From a virus: a stretch of DNA of 64,000 nucleotides. A program made the position numbers and the translations under genes. The DNA lies in IMG/VR virus record IMGVR_UViG_3300044632_001319; one strand, 5' to 3'. The notes beneath the pieces were generated by a model that was not told where the DNA came from, searched no databases, and was given only the letters and a program-made list of their open reading frames with translations. Below, in pieces: positions 21,045 through 30,006 of this stretch (its first letter is position 1; each line of letters opens with the position of its first letter).

Positions 21045-24000
21045 TGATATACGGTTCATCTAGAATAACTCAAATTGTAACTGGAAATATTCCAAATGCA
21101 GTTCCAGGAAACACTGGACCTACTGGTCCTACTGGTCCTACTGGATCAACTGGTGCTACGGGTTTGGATGGTTCAATTGGTCCCACGGGTGCAGGAATTA
21201 CTGGTGCTACTGGTTCTGGAATAGGCATAACTTTAATTGCAAATAATGTTGCATATGGATTTACTGGTCTAAAAGGATCTGCTGGTGTTTCCAGTGGAGA
21301 TGAAACCTATAGAATTATTGGACTTGGTATTGTAAACCAAGATGTTTCTGCAAATATCGTATATGGCGAAACTGTTTCTTTGGGTGCTGGTCAAACTGCC
21401 TTATTCAAAGGCATAACGATATCAGGGCAAATACCAATACCAATTGCTAATTTTGTTGGTGTGAGCTCAAATAATGTTTCTACATTTTATATTTACGGTG
21501 CAACAGTACCAAATGCGAATTTTCCAATTGGTAATACTGGGGAATTATTGTATGTAAATAGCGAAGCAGGATTTGGAATTTCTCCACTTAAAGCATCAAG
21601 TGCTCCAAACACAAAGTGGGTTCCAGATGAAAGACAACTGATCATAGATCAAAACTTTACAAGAGAACCAATATATCAAAATAAAAATTGGACTACAGTT
21701 GGTGCTCCAGAATTTCAATTTACAAACACACCAGGTGCATTCTCTTATTACGCAACACTCGGGTCTGCTACATTTGGTACAGCACTGATACAAAATACAA
21801 TATATCCAAATTTTATTTTCTATTCGGGTGCTGGAATATATGGATTGGAAAATGATCCAAATACAGATACAATAAGTTTAGGTCAATCAATTATAATTGG
21901 ACTTACTAGTGGTAAAACATTTGAAAAAATTAATTTCATAGGAACCACTGGTATTTCATATTCAAACACATACAAACCACAATCAGTTTCTCGCGATAAT
22001 ATAGGATCTTGCTGTTTCTGTTCTGTAGAAGCAACAAATAAAATATGTGTTGATTATGTTACCTCAGAATTTTGCACTGCGGTATCTGGTGTATTCAATT
22101 CTGAATCATGTAATGATAGAACAAGTGGATCTGATTGTTTTGTGGAAGGTGCTTGCTGTATATACGATATAGAATTAGGTACAGTAAGATGCATAAACAC
22201 TACAAAGGAAAAATGCACACTCTTCAATGGTTCATTCAACGAAACTAAATCTTGCAACAATGTATGGGTAAACGGTCAACTGTTCACATGTCCCACCAAC
22301 TTCTGCAACGCTGGAACTAGACAACTAGGAAAATGTTGTGTTCAGGGCAGATGTTTTAGTCTAACACAAGCAGATTGCTCGTCAATATTTGGAGCATCAT
22401 TCACACCAGGACCAACATGCATTTCAGAACTAAACGATCCAACGTGCTGTGGTAAACTTGAACTAAATGGTGCTTGCTGTGTGCAAGGCAATTGTGTCAA
22501 CAATGTATCACCAGCACAATGTGCAAACGCATATAATGGAATATTTCAAGGTTCTGGATCAAAATGCAGTGAAGTTTCTTGCTGTGGTTATTCGTTCTCA
22601 GATGATTATTTTAGAGGTGTGTGTGCTGAATCTTGCAAAGCACTCGGTTCGCAACAAATATACTCTTGCCTAAATGTTGGAGATAAAATAGGTGGTGGTT
22701 ATTTTGTTGGATTTGTTGGTATGCCAAATCCATGTGATGAATATAATCAACCACTATTAGCATACGGTGAACCACTGGAATGTATGATATTCCCACGCGG
22801 AAATCTTACAAATGTTCCAAGTTGGTATTTAAAGACATGCAAAGGAACAAATCCAAATACAAATTCTGGATGTATAGAATATTTTGCTAGAACATATCCA
22901 GAGATATTACCAAAGAGTTCATTGACATCTAGATGTCTACTAAAAGCAGGAGTTCCATTTGTGCAGCAAGCGTATGCATTAAATGGAATTACATGGCCTA
23001 GTGAAACACTTTTCGAAGGTGGATTTGCATATAATCCAAATCGTGGTACACACTCTTATTCGCTGATTGGTTCTGGTCTTGCCGTAGAATACTTGGATGG
23101 AACAGAAGATAATCTGTACAGATATCTTGCGAGCAGGGTGTATGGAAATTCTAGCATTCATGTGCTGTGGGCATTGATTGTTGCACCAGAAGACGTTGAA
23201 ATATCTGGTGGAAGAGCACTTTCATGGGGCATGATGCAGGGATGTGTAAATGCAAACTCAAGTGGTGAACCAGTTCAAATTGTGAACGAAGAAATACCAA
23301 CATATCCAGTCGATGGTTTGCTGACAACAAGAATACACGATGCAACATCCAAAGAAAATCCACAGTATTGGTACAGAGGCACAACAGATACAAATGCATA
23401 CAATAGATTCAACTTTGGCAACGGTCCTGCTTGGGAATTTAATGTAAGTGCAGAATCAATAAACAACAATATCAATGAATTTAAATCAGCATATTCTGAT
23501 ATGTGGGATAGAAAAAATCCACTAGATTCTGCTATAAGACAAATATCAATCATCAATCAGAATAATCTCTATGGTCATAATGATTGGTATATTCCAAGCA
23601 TCACGGAACTAAATTATATTTACAGTAACGTTGCAAAACTAAATGCAGCACTTGCAGTAAATGGAGAACAGATACTTGGAGGAGACGAGTATTGGAGTTC
23701 TACAAGCGTAAGTAGATTACAATATTGGGATCCTGCTGAACCATTAAATAAAGATTTATATTCTCTAGAACCAATTAACTCACAGTTAGAACCATACCTA
23801 AGTTCAACAAGATTAACATCTACTAATAATAATTTCAATCTAAATGAAGATTCTGCTTATAAGTTCACACTGGCAGTATCAAACGGTCAGAAGATGTTAA
23901 CACAGACCTTTAATAATTTAAACCAGAATGCTTCGGGTAGAATGAATTCAAGAAGCAGATCAAGCAAGATTGCTAATCTCAGAGCAGTAAGAAGAATACC

Positions 24001-24118
24001 ATTGGTTGTAACATGTGGTGGTTTTTATTATAGCGACAACATTCTAAATACTTATTGGAAATCTGGAACAACTGGTTGTTCATCTTGCTTAGATCATGTT
24101 GAAGGAATTTGTCCATGA
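21044..24118 (+). CDS. Collagen-like, Cys-repeat, DUF1566/C-type-lectin-like fibre protein 2
   Basis: MIYGSS then GNTGPTGPTGPTG; GSCC/GACC/GKCC repeats; VGDKIGGG, DWYIPSITEL, YWSST, LRAVRRI. Confidence 0.65.
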   Translation: MIYGSSRITQIVTGNIPNAVPGNTGPTGPTGPTGSTGATGLDGSIGPTGAGITGATGSGIGITLIANNVAYGFTGLKGSAGVSSGDETYRIIGLGIVNQDVSANIVYGETVSLGAGQTALFKGITISGQIPIPIANFVGVSSNNVSTFYIYGATVPNANFPIGNTGELLYVNSEAGFGISPLKASSAPNTKWVPDERQLIIDQNFTREPIYQNKNWTTVGAPEFQFTNTPGAFSYYATLGSATFGTALIQNTIYPNFIFYSGAGIYGLENDPNTDTISLGQSIIIGLTSGKTFEKINFIGTTGISYSNTYKPQSVSRDNIGSCCFCSVEATNKICVDYVTSEFCTAVSGVFNSESCNDRTSGSDCFVEGACCIYDIELGTVRCINTTKEKCTLFNGSFNETKSCNNVWVNGQLFTCPTNFCNAGTRQLGKCCVQGRCFSLTQADCSSIFGASFTPGPTCISELNDPTCCGKLELNGACCVQGNCVNNVSPAQCANAYNGIFQGSGSKCSEVSCCGYSFSDDYFRGVCAESCKALGSQQIYSCLNVGDKIGGGYFVGFVGMPNPCDEYNQPLLAYGEPLECMIFPRGNLTNVPSWYLKTCKGTNPNTNSGCIEYFARTYPEILPKSSLTSRCLLKAGVPFVQQAYALNGITWPSETLFEGGFAYNPNRGTHSYSLIGSGLAVEYLDGTEDNLYRYLASRVYGNSSIHVLWALIVAPEDVEISGGRALSWGMMQGCVNANSSGEPVQIVNEEIPTYPVDGLLTTRIHDATSKENPQYWYRGTTDTNAYNRFNFGNGPAWEFNVSAESINNNINEFKSAYSDMWDRKNPLDSAIRQISIINQNNLYGHNDWYIPSITELNYIYSNVAKLNAALAVNGEQILGGDEYWSSTSVSRLQYWDPAEPLNKDLYSLEPINSQLEPYLSSTRLTSTNNNFNLNEDSAYKFTLAVSNGQKMLTQTFNNLNQNASGRMNSRSRSSKIANLRAVRRIPLVVTCGGFYYSDNILNTYWKSGTTGCSSCLDHVEGICP

Positions 24119-27060
24119 GTAGTAGTTCAATAATTAATTTTGTCATATATGGACAATCTGGTAATGATGGTCCAATTGGAGCAACTGGTCCCACTGGACC
24201 CACTGGTGCTACTGGTGCTACTGGAAATACAGGTCCATATGGTTTATATTTTGTTTCTGCACAGGGTGTATCAAATTCTATTGTTTTAACATTTTCTGAT
24301 GGATCCACAGCACAAATTAACGGATCGTTCAGAGGTGCTACAACCGCAGACAAGACAGCAGGAATTGTTTTAGGTGGAAACACTGGCAATTCCATTGGAG
24401 TTCTCTATAATGTCTCTGGTGGAACTTTTAACTTCTATGGAATATCTGCATACGGTTCTTTAGTAGCATCGCTTACTGGAGATAATTTAGAATATATCTC
24501 AATTGATAGTATCTATTATGGTTCTGATATTATTGGAAATTATGATCCAACATCTTTATCTGCACCAAGAAAATTATTATATGTTGGAAACACTACAACT
24601 GCTTTTGGTGCAGATCTCAAATACAGATCTGACATTGGAACTGTTGGTCTGTGCGGTGCATTTGAATTTGCCTATACAGCAGTATCGTCTGGAGCAGCAG
24701 ATGATACAAGTATTCATTTAAATTCTGGATCAAAAATATATTCATACGGTCCACTAAAAAAGGGATTTGAGTTTGAGGGAAGTACGTTTGGCGTGCTTCT
24801 AAATGCCAACAATGGTGGCGTGTTTCACCTCCGAACTCCAATTGGTATAAGAGGAATTACTGGTTCGTTTAGAACAAACGAAATAGCATCAATTACATTG
24901 ATCATAGATTCAGATAATGTTTGGAACTTTCCAGTAAATGTATACTTCGCACCAGACGAAAATTATCTATCTTGCGGCAAAAATATATTGGGACTGATGT
25001 CACATGATGGTGGTGCTACATGGTTGGCAACTGCATCTCATAGAGGTCATGGTGTAGAAAATGTTGGAAGACAATGCGTTCCTGGATCCTTATATGGTTC
25101 TTGTTGCTACAGTAAAGCAGACGGAACAAAAAACTGTAAGGATTATGTAACTGTTGAAGAATGCGATAAACTATTTGGTAATTTTTATCCAGCACAATCT
25201 TGTAATGATTCTTGTGTATCCCCAAATAGTTTGTGTTGCGCGAATGGTACATGTATAGAAAATATTTCTGCTGCTGAATGTGAAAAGTTTGGTGGAGACT
25301 ATTGGCAAGGATATACTTGTGGATTTGCATCTGGCACATTAAATTATCCAGATCCTGCAATTTATACAACACCAGAAAGTATAAGAGCAAATGGTCGTTT
25401 CTGTTACGACCCATGTGGAGATGTGAAGACTGTTTGCTGTAAAGATGGTAGATGTTTAGGAAATTATACAAGAGTTCAATGCGAATTGGTTCTTGGTGGT
25501 AAATCTCTAATTGGTGCTGAGTGTGCAGATGTCGATTGCTGCACATATGATTCAATACCTGGAGCATGTTGCATATGTACGACAGATCAAAACGGAAACA
25601 CAACATCAACATGCACACCCAATCTAACATATTCTGAGTGCAAAGCACTTAATGGATATTATATGGGACCAGGAAGACAGTGTAATGATGTAAGTTGCGG
25701 ATGCGTTTGCGGAAATACAACCACGACAATTGGTGCTTGCTGCGAAAATGGAATCTGTAGAAACACAACATTTGAAAATTGTGCTGGTACATTTATAGCA
25801 ACACAAACATGCAACACATATGAATGCAATCCTGGAATATGCTGCATCAATGGAAGATGTAGTGATATGTCTCAGTTAAATTGCAACGAAGCAGGAGGAG
25901 TATTTACTCCAAATACAAACTGTGCATCGACTGTTTGCACAGATACTAATCCTCCAGATCCAGATCCACCAGAACCACCAGTTGGTACTGGATCATGTTG
26001 TAGGAACGGACAGTGCTCACAAACCACACAGCAAAATTGTGGTGGTTCTTGGTCTGCTGGTCCATGTAGTTCTGCAAACTGCTCAGATCAAGATACAGAT
26101 AATGGTGGTGAGGGACATCCACCAGATAGAGATGGTCAAGGTGGCGGATTTGACAATGACGATGACGGTCCAGGCGGTGGTGGTTCTGGAAACAGCAATC
26201 CTCCTTCTACGCCAGGATCTTGTGATGGTCTAACACAAAATTGTTGCTGTATAAGTTTCGATTACTGCTATAGAAATGGATCATCATTCACTAAAAGAAC
26301 AGTCACTAGAAAAATATGTACACCTCTCGGCAACCCACCAGTTCCATGTGATAATTTTGCATTTGATAATTGTGCAAATACACATCTTCGGTTTGTTAAC
26401 ATTGCAAAATGCTGCGCTGCACGCAAAGGTTACTGCACAGTAACTGGAATCGATATAGATTGTGGTCTGATTCCCAGTTCAGTGCTTGATGAGTATTGTC
26501 CACAAATTACAGATCAGGATCTCTATAATTTCTTAAGAGATGAAGCATGTTATTCTGTGGATTATGCTGATGTTACACCAGGCATTTTTAACGAAATTGT
26601 ATGTGGAACACATCCTGTTATATGTCAAATAGATCCAACAAATCCTTGTACAAATGTAACAACTGCTAGTTCAGTTGCTTATAATGCACAAACATGCGGC
26701 GAGTCTCAATTGCCACCACTCCCAGGAAAATATCAAGGTGAGGGATTTGATATTTCGTATAGATCTTGTATAGACATCAACGGTGTCAGCACATGCTCAC
26801 ACGGTCAGTATGCTGCATGTGATCCACAATGTTCGAGAATGACAGATCCATGCTGTAGACTTGAATGTAATCGATTGGGTCTTAAGAGTTGTCCAGAATG
26901 TTTAGTAGAAAGTGGATGTGGTGGTGGAACATCTCCGCTTAAGTATACTACTGTTCCTGTAATAAAAAATGTAAAAATTATTATAAATAACGAAGAACAC
27001 TGTTTACCATTGTTGTGTGAAGGCGATGATTGCGATGGTTATACTTTCTGCGACGAGTAA
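24115..27060 (+). CDS. Collagen-like, Cys-repeat fibre protein 3 (about 7 G[AS]CC-type repeats, Cys-rich C-terminus)
   Basis: ATG at 24115 overlaps the upstream stop; VIYGQS then GATGPTGPTGATG; repeats of CC-x3-10-C-x7-C-x3-GG-x6-C. Confidence 0.65.
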   Translation: MSSSSIINFVIYGQSGNDGPIGATGPTGPTGATGATGNTGPYGLYFVSAQGVSNSIVLTFSDGSTAQINGSFRGATTADKTAGIVLGGNTGNSIGVLYNVSGGTFNFYGISAYGSLVASLTGDNLEYISIDSIYYGSDIIGNYDPTSLSAPRKLLYVGNTTTAFGADLKYRSDIGTVGLCGAFEFAYTAVSSGAADDTSIHLNSGSKIYSYGPLKKGFEFEGSTFGVLLNANNGGVFHLRTPIGIRGITGSFRTNEIASITLIIDSDNVWNFPVNVYFAPDENYLSCGKNILGLMSHDGGATWLATASHRGHGVENVGRQCVPGSLYGSCCYSKADGTKNCKDYVTVEECDKLFGNFYPAQSCNDSCVSPNSLCCANGTCIENISAAECEKFGGDYWQGYTCGFASGTLNYPDPAIYTTPESIRANGRFCYDPCGDVKTVCCKDGRCLGNYTRVQCELVLGGKSLIGAECADVDCCTYDSIPGACCICTTDQNGNTTSTCTPNLTYSECKALNGYYMGPGRQCNDVSCGCVCGNTTTTIGACCENGICRNTTFENCAGTFIATQTCNTYECNPGICCINGRCSDMSQLNCNEAGGVFTPNTNCASTVCTDTNPPDPDPPEPPVGTGSCCRNGQCSQTTQQNCGGSWSAGPCSSANCSDQDTDNGGEGHPPDRDGQGGGFDNDDDGPGGGGSGNSNPPSTPGSCDGLTQNCCCISFDYCYRNGSSFTKRTVTRKICTPLGNPPVPCDNFAFDNCANTHLRFVNIAKCCAARKGYCTVTGIDIDCGLIPSSVLDEYCPQITDQDLYNFLRDEACYSVDYADVTPGIFNEIVCGTHPVICQIDPTNPCTNVTTASSVAYNAQTCGESQLPPLPGKYQGEGFDISYRSCIDINGVSTCSHGQYAACDPQCSRMTDPCCRLECNRLGLKSCPECLVESGCGGGTSPLKYTTVPVIKNVKIIINNEEHCLPLLCEGDDCDGYTFCDE

Positions 27061-27063
27061 AAT

Positions 27064-28584
27064 ATGTCAATACAGTTTAGATCAAGAATAATCCCAGCAA
27101 TCGATTACTCAACCATATTAACAAATTATGGTTTTTGTTGTGGTCTTTCTGGATCTAATGGACTTCCAATATCAAAGACATATATTGAATGTGTGACCGA
27201 AGGTGGATTTTATGTCAAGGGTGCATCAGGGCAAGAAGTATCTTGTCCACAATACGATGATCGCTATGGATGCTGTTGTTCTTGCTCTTATGTCGATCCA
27301 GATGATTATAATCAAATAGAAGCATACCCACCATCTATACCATATCTTACATCTGGAACACGAAGCAGAATGACCAAATGTGAGTGTGAAAGAATTGGTG
27401 GAAAGTTTACACCAACCGCAGATGGCAATTGCCCTGCACTCACCAATGAAAATTGGGAATCATATTGTGCTGGACAACACCCAGATAATCCAACACTATT
27501 AATAGATGTAAGAGCACCAAGATCTTGCTGTCATCTGGAATATGATCCAAATACTGGTTGGCCAACAACAGTGGTGTGCAAGGATGTATGCACATCAGCA
27601 GACTGTGCTGAACTTTCAACTGAAACTTATCCATCTACATTCACTCTAAATGCTAGATGTAATATTCCACTCAGAGCAAACGGCAATCTAACAAATTGTT
27701 CAAATGCTCAAAATCTAGCATTTGTTGCAAATCAACCAATATATCAAGGGTTTGATATGGGTTCTTGTTACTCTTTAGTAAATGTCAATGGAACATATGA
27801 ATACGAATGTTCAATTACTCCACAAGAAAAGTGTGATGGGTATTGGATAATTCAACAAGATCAAAATAATGCATTCTGTAAAAACACACTTCAACCAACA
27901 AATCCACAAAAATCTGGAAGTGTTTATCTACCAGAATCGATGACTCTTTCAGCATTTAATGCATTGGGTCTGACTAATGGGGATGCATATCTTGGTGGTA
28001 CATTCATTGGAATATACAAAACAGGATCAAGCAGCGGCAAAAGCAGTGAAATATATGGAAATATAAATTTTGGAGATGCTTCTTTTGGAAGATTTATTCC
28101 AGATTCTATCGGTGGAACACATTCTCAGTGGGCAATTATTGTAGATGAAATACCAGTATCTTTACCATTCCTAGGAGAATCTGAAAAAGACATAGATGTC
28201 TCTACTTCGCTATGGGATGGGTATTATAACACCTACGGAAACGGCAGCACATTTCAGGGTGTTAAAACTGCTTTAACTAATCAAATAAGATATCAACCAA
28301 GAAAAGGATTTCTTGATTACTACATACCATCGATATACGAATTGAATTTCTATGCCGCATATCTTTATAATAACGATATCAAAGATAAAGGAAACCTGAT
28401 TTCATCATCATTCTTCAACACGAAATATATTTCGTCTGGACCATCGAAATCCAAGATAAATAATTCTAGTTTCGTCTATGGTCAAGCAATAAAGTTTTAC
28501 TATACATCAAACTATAAAAACATCTTAATAGATAAGAGAAATACTGAAACTGTTTTATTCTTTAGGCGAATTTTATTAACATGA
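27064..28584 (+). CDS. Cys-repeat, DUF1566-like protein 4 (no collagen stalk)
   Basis: GFCC, GCCC, RSCC, GSCY repeats; GDAYLGG, DG.YNT, DYYIPSIYEL, FFRRI. Confidence 0.6.
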   Translation: MSIQFRSRIIPAIDYSTILTNYGFCCGLSGSNGLPISKTYIECVTEGGFYVKGASGQEVSCPQYDDRYGCCCSCSYVDPDDYNQIEAYPPSIPYLTSGTRSRMTKCECERIGGKFTPTADGNCPALTNENWESYCAGQHPDNPTLLIDVRAPRSCCHLEYDPNTGWPTTVVCKDVCTSADCAELSTETYPSTFTLNARCNIPLRANGNLTNCSNAQNLAFVANQPIYQGFDMGSCYSLVNVNGTYEYECSITPQEKCDGYWIIQQDQNNAFCKNTLQPTNPQKSGSVYLPESMTLSAFNALGLTNGDAYLGGTFIGIYKTGSSSGKSSEIYGNINFGDASFGRFIPDSIGGTHSQWAIIVDEIPVSLPFLGESEKDIDVSTSLWDGYYNTYGNGSTFQGVKTALTNQIRYQPRKGFLDYYIPSIYELNFYAAYLYNNDIKDKGNLISSSFFNTKYISSGPSKSKINNSSFVYGQAIKFYYTSNYKNILIDKRNTETVLFFRRILLT

Positions 28585-28594
28585 AAGGTATATT

Positions 28595-29149
28595 ATGGGT
28601 TGCAATTGTAATAAAAACAAAACACAACAAACTCCTCAAGTAGAACCAGTAACATTTCGTAAAGAAGAAATAAAAAAACCAGAAACCCTGACGGAAGGCA
28701 TCAAGCAAAAAATGACCATGATGCAGAGTTTTGCATCAGCAATTTCTTCTAGAGGATTCAATAACGAAAAAGTTACAATACCCATGAAACAACTGAGAGT
28801 CGTCAGTTGTTTCGGAAACAAAAATCAGGGTGGTGCTCTTCCTCCCTGCGAACACCTAAAGGAAAGTACAACCCCTGGTAAATTCTATTGTGGTGGTTGT
28901 GGATGCGGAGATAGAAAAGGAACATGGTTGGTTGCTGATGGTGACGAATACAGTAAATTGGATTATCCTCGTTTAAATTGCCCATTGCAAATGCCAGGAT
29001 TTTCAAATTACGAAAAATCAAAACCAGATGAGGCAAATGTTCCAGTAACTCGTAGATATTATATCGAACAGTTACCATATGCGGAAATAGAGAAAATTCC
29101 AGTGAAAACTCACAATCCACCAGTAAAACAAGAAGAACCCAAAAATTAA
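28595..29149 (+). CDS. Small Cys-rich hypothetical protein
   Basis: MGCNCNK; SC...PC...YCGGCGCG...LNCP; AAAGG RBS upstream. Confidence 0.6.
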   Translation: MGCNCNKNKTQQTPQVEPVTFRKEEIKKPETLTEGIKQKMTMMQSFASAISSRGFNNEKVTIPMKQLRVVSCFGNKNQGGALPPCEHLKESTTPGKFYCGGCGCGDRKGTWLVADGDEYSKLDYPRLNCPLQMPGFSNYEKSKPDEANVPVTRRYYIEQLPYAEIEKIPVKTHNPPVKQEEPKN

Positions 29150-29158
29150 TACCAAAAG

Positions 29159-29190
29159 ACTCTCCTTATAAATAATTTAAGGAGAGTTTT
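29159..29190 (+). promoter_or_regulatory. Late promoter TATAAATA inside a hairpin that sequesters the gp13 Shine-Dalgarno
   Basis: ACTCTCCTTA (29159-68) and TAAGGAGAGT (29178-87) are a perfect inverted repeat; TATAAATA at 29167-74; ATG at 29194. Confidence 0.8.
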
Positions 29191-29193
29191 CAT

Positions 29194-30003
29194 ATGGCAG
29201 GACCATCAGGACCAAATTCAAGAAGAACATTAATAGAGCACTGTCTGCGTACACTCGGTGCTCCAGTGATTCAAATTAACGTCGATTACCAACAATGTGA
29301 AGATCGTCTTGATGAAGCATTGCAGTATTTCATCACTCGTCATTATGATGGTGTACAAAGAGTCTATTTTAAATATGAGTTGACACAAACCGATTTAGAT
29401 AGAGGGTTTATACAGGTAGAAGACATTGATACACCATCTGGTGATCCAACTGGACCCAGAGGAGAGGATATCGTATCGGTTATTAAACTTTTTAGATTCG
29501 GTACTCTATCTGGTGTGGATATGTTTGATGTTAGATATCAATTAGCATTGACTGATTACTTTGGAATAAATCGTGGATTAAATGGAAGTCAATCAACACC
29601 ACTGGCAGGATATCAGGTAACTATGCAATATATTAGTTTACTTGAACAATTTTTTAGTCCTGAGAAGTCTATAAGATTTAGCAAAGTAACAAATAAAATA
29701 TATGCAGATGCATTCAGTCAAGACATAACTGCTGGACAACATGTTGTTATTGAAGCATATGCAGTTCTAGACCCAGAAACCCACACTTCGATATACAATG
29801 ATCGTATGTTGAAAAAATATGTTACAGCACTGATCAAGAGACAGTGGGGTTCGAATATGTTAAAATATGATGGTGTTCAACTTCCAGGTGGTATCGTGTT
29901 CAAGGGTCAACAAATATACGATCAAGCAACACAAGAAATAATGATGATCGAACAAGAGTTTGAAAGAGCATATGAACTTCCAATTGATTTCATGATCGGA
30001 TAA
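29194..30003 (+). CDS. gp13: Neck protein gp13
   Basis: LI.HCLRTLGAPVIQINV...Q.EDRLDEALQYF...HYDG; KKYVTALIKRQWG.N..KYDGVQLPGG. Confidence 0.95.
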   Translation: MAGPSGPNSRRTLIEHCLRTLGAPVIQINVDYQQCEDRLDEALQYFITRHYDGVQRVYFKYELTQTDLDRGFIQVEDIDTPSGDPTGPRGEDIVSVIKLFRFGTLSGVDMFDVRYQLALTDYFGINRGLNGSQSTPLAGYQVTMQYISLLEQFFSPEKSIRFSKVTNKIYADAFSQDITAGQHVVIEAYAVLDPETHTSIYNDRMLKKYVTALIKRQWGSNMLKYDGVQLPGGIVFKGQQIYDQATQEIMMIEQEFERAYELPIDFMIG

Positions 30004-30006
30004 CAA

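Noticed and set aside
25016-26233. Long alternative-frame ORFs (25016-25648 -, 25922-26233 +, and similarly 12286-12855, 37179-37835, 40507-40989)
   Set aside because: Shadow ORFs fully overlapping well-supported genes, explained by codon bias and low complexity; no RBS or recognisable motifs.
17181-28584. Diversity-generating retroelement targeting the DUF1566-like heads
   Set aside because: No reverse transcriptase and no near-identical TR/VR repeat pair is visible in this window. One cannot be excluded elsewhere in the genome.
28595-28620. N-myristoylation signal (MGC...) or giant-virus origin of the Cys-rich genes
   Set aside because: The context is clearly a bacteriophage (Shine-Dalgarno sites, gp55, T4 core genes), and bacteria lack canonical N-myristoyltransferase.
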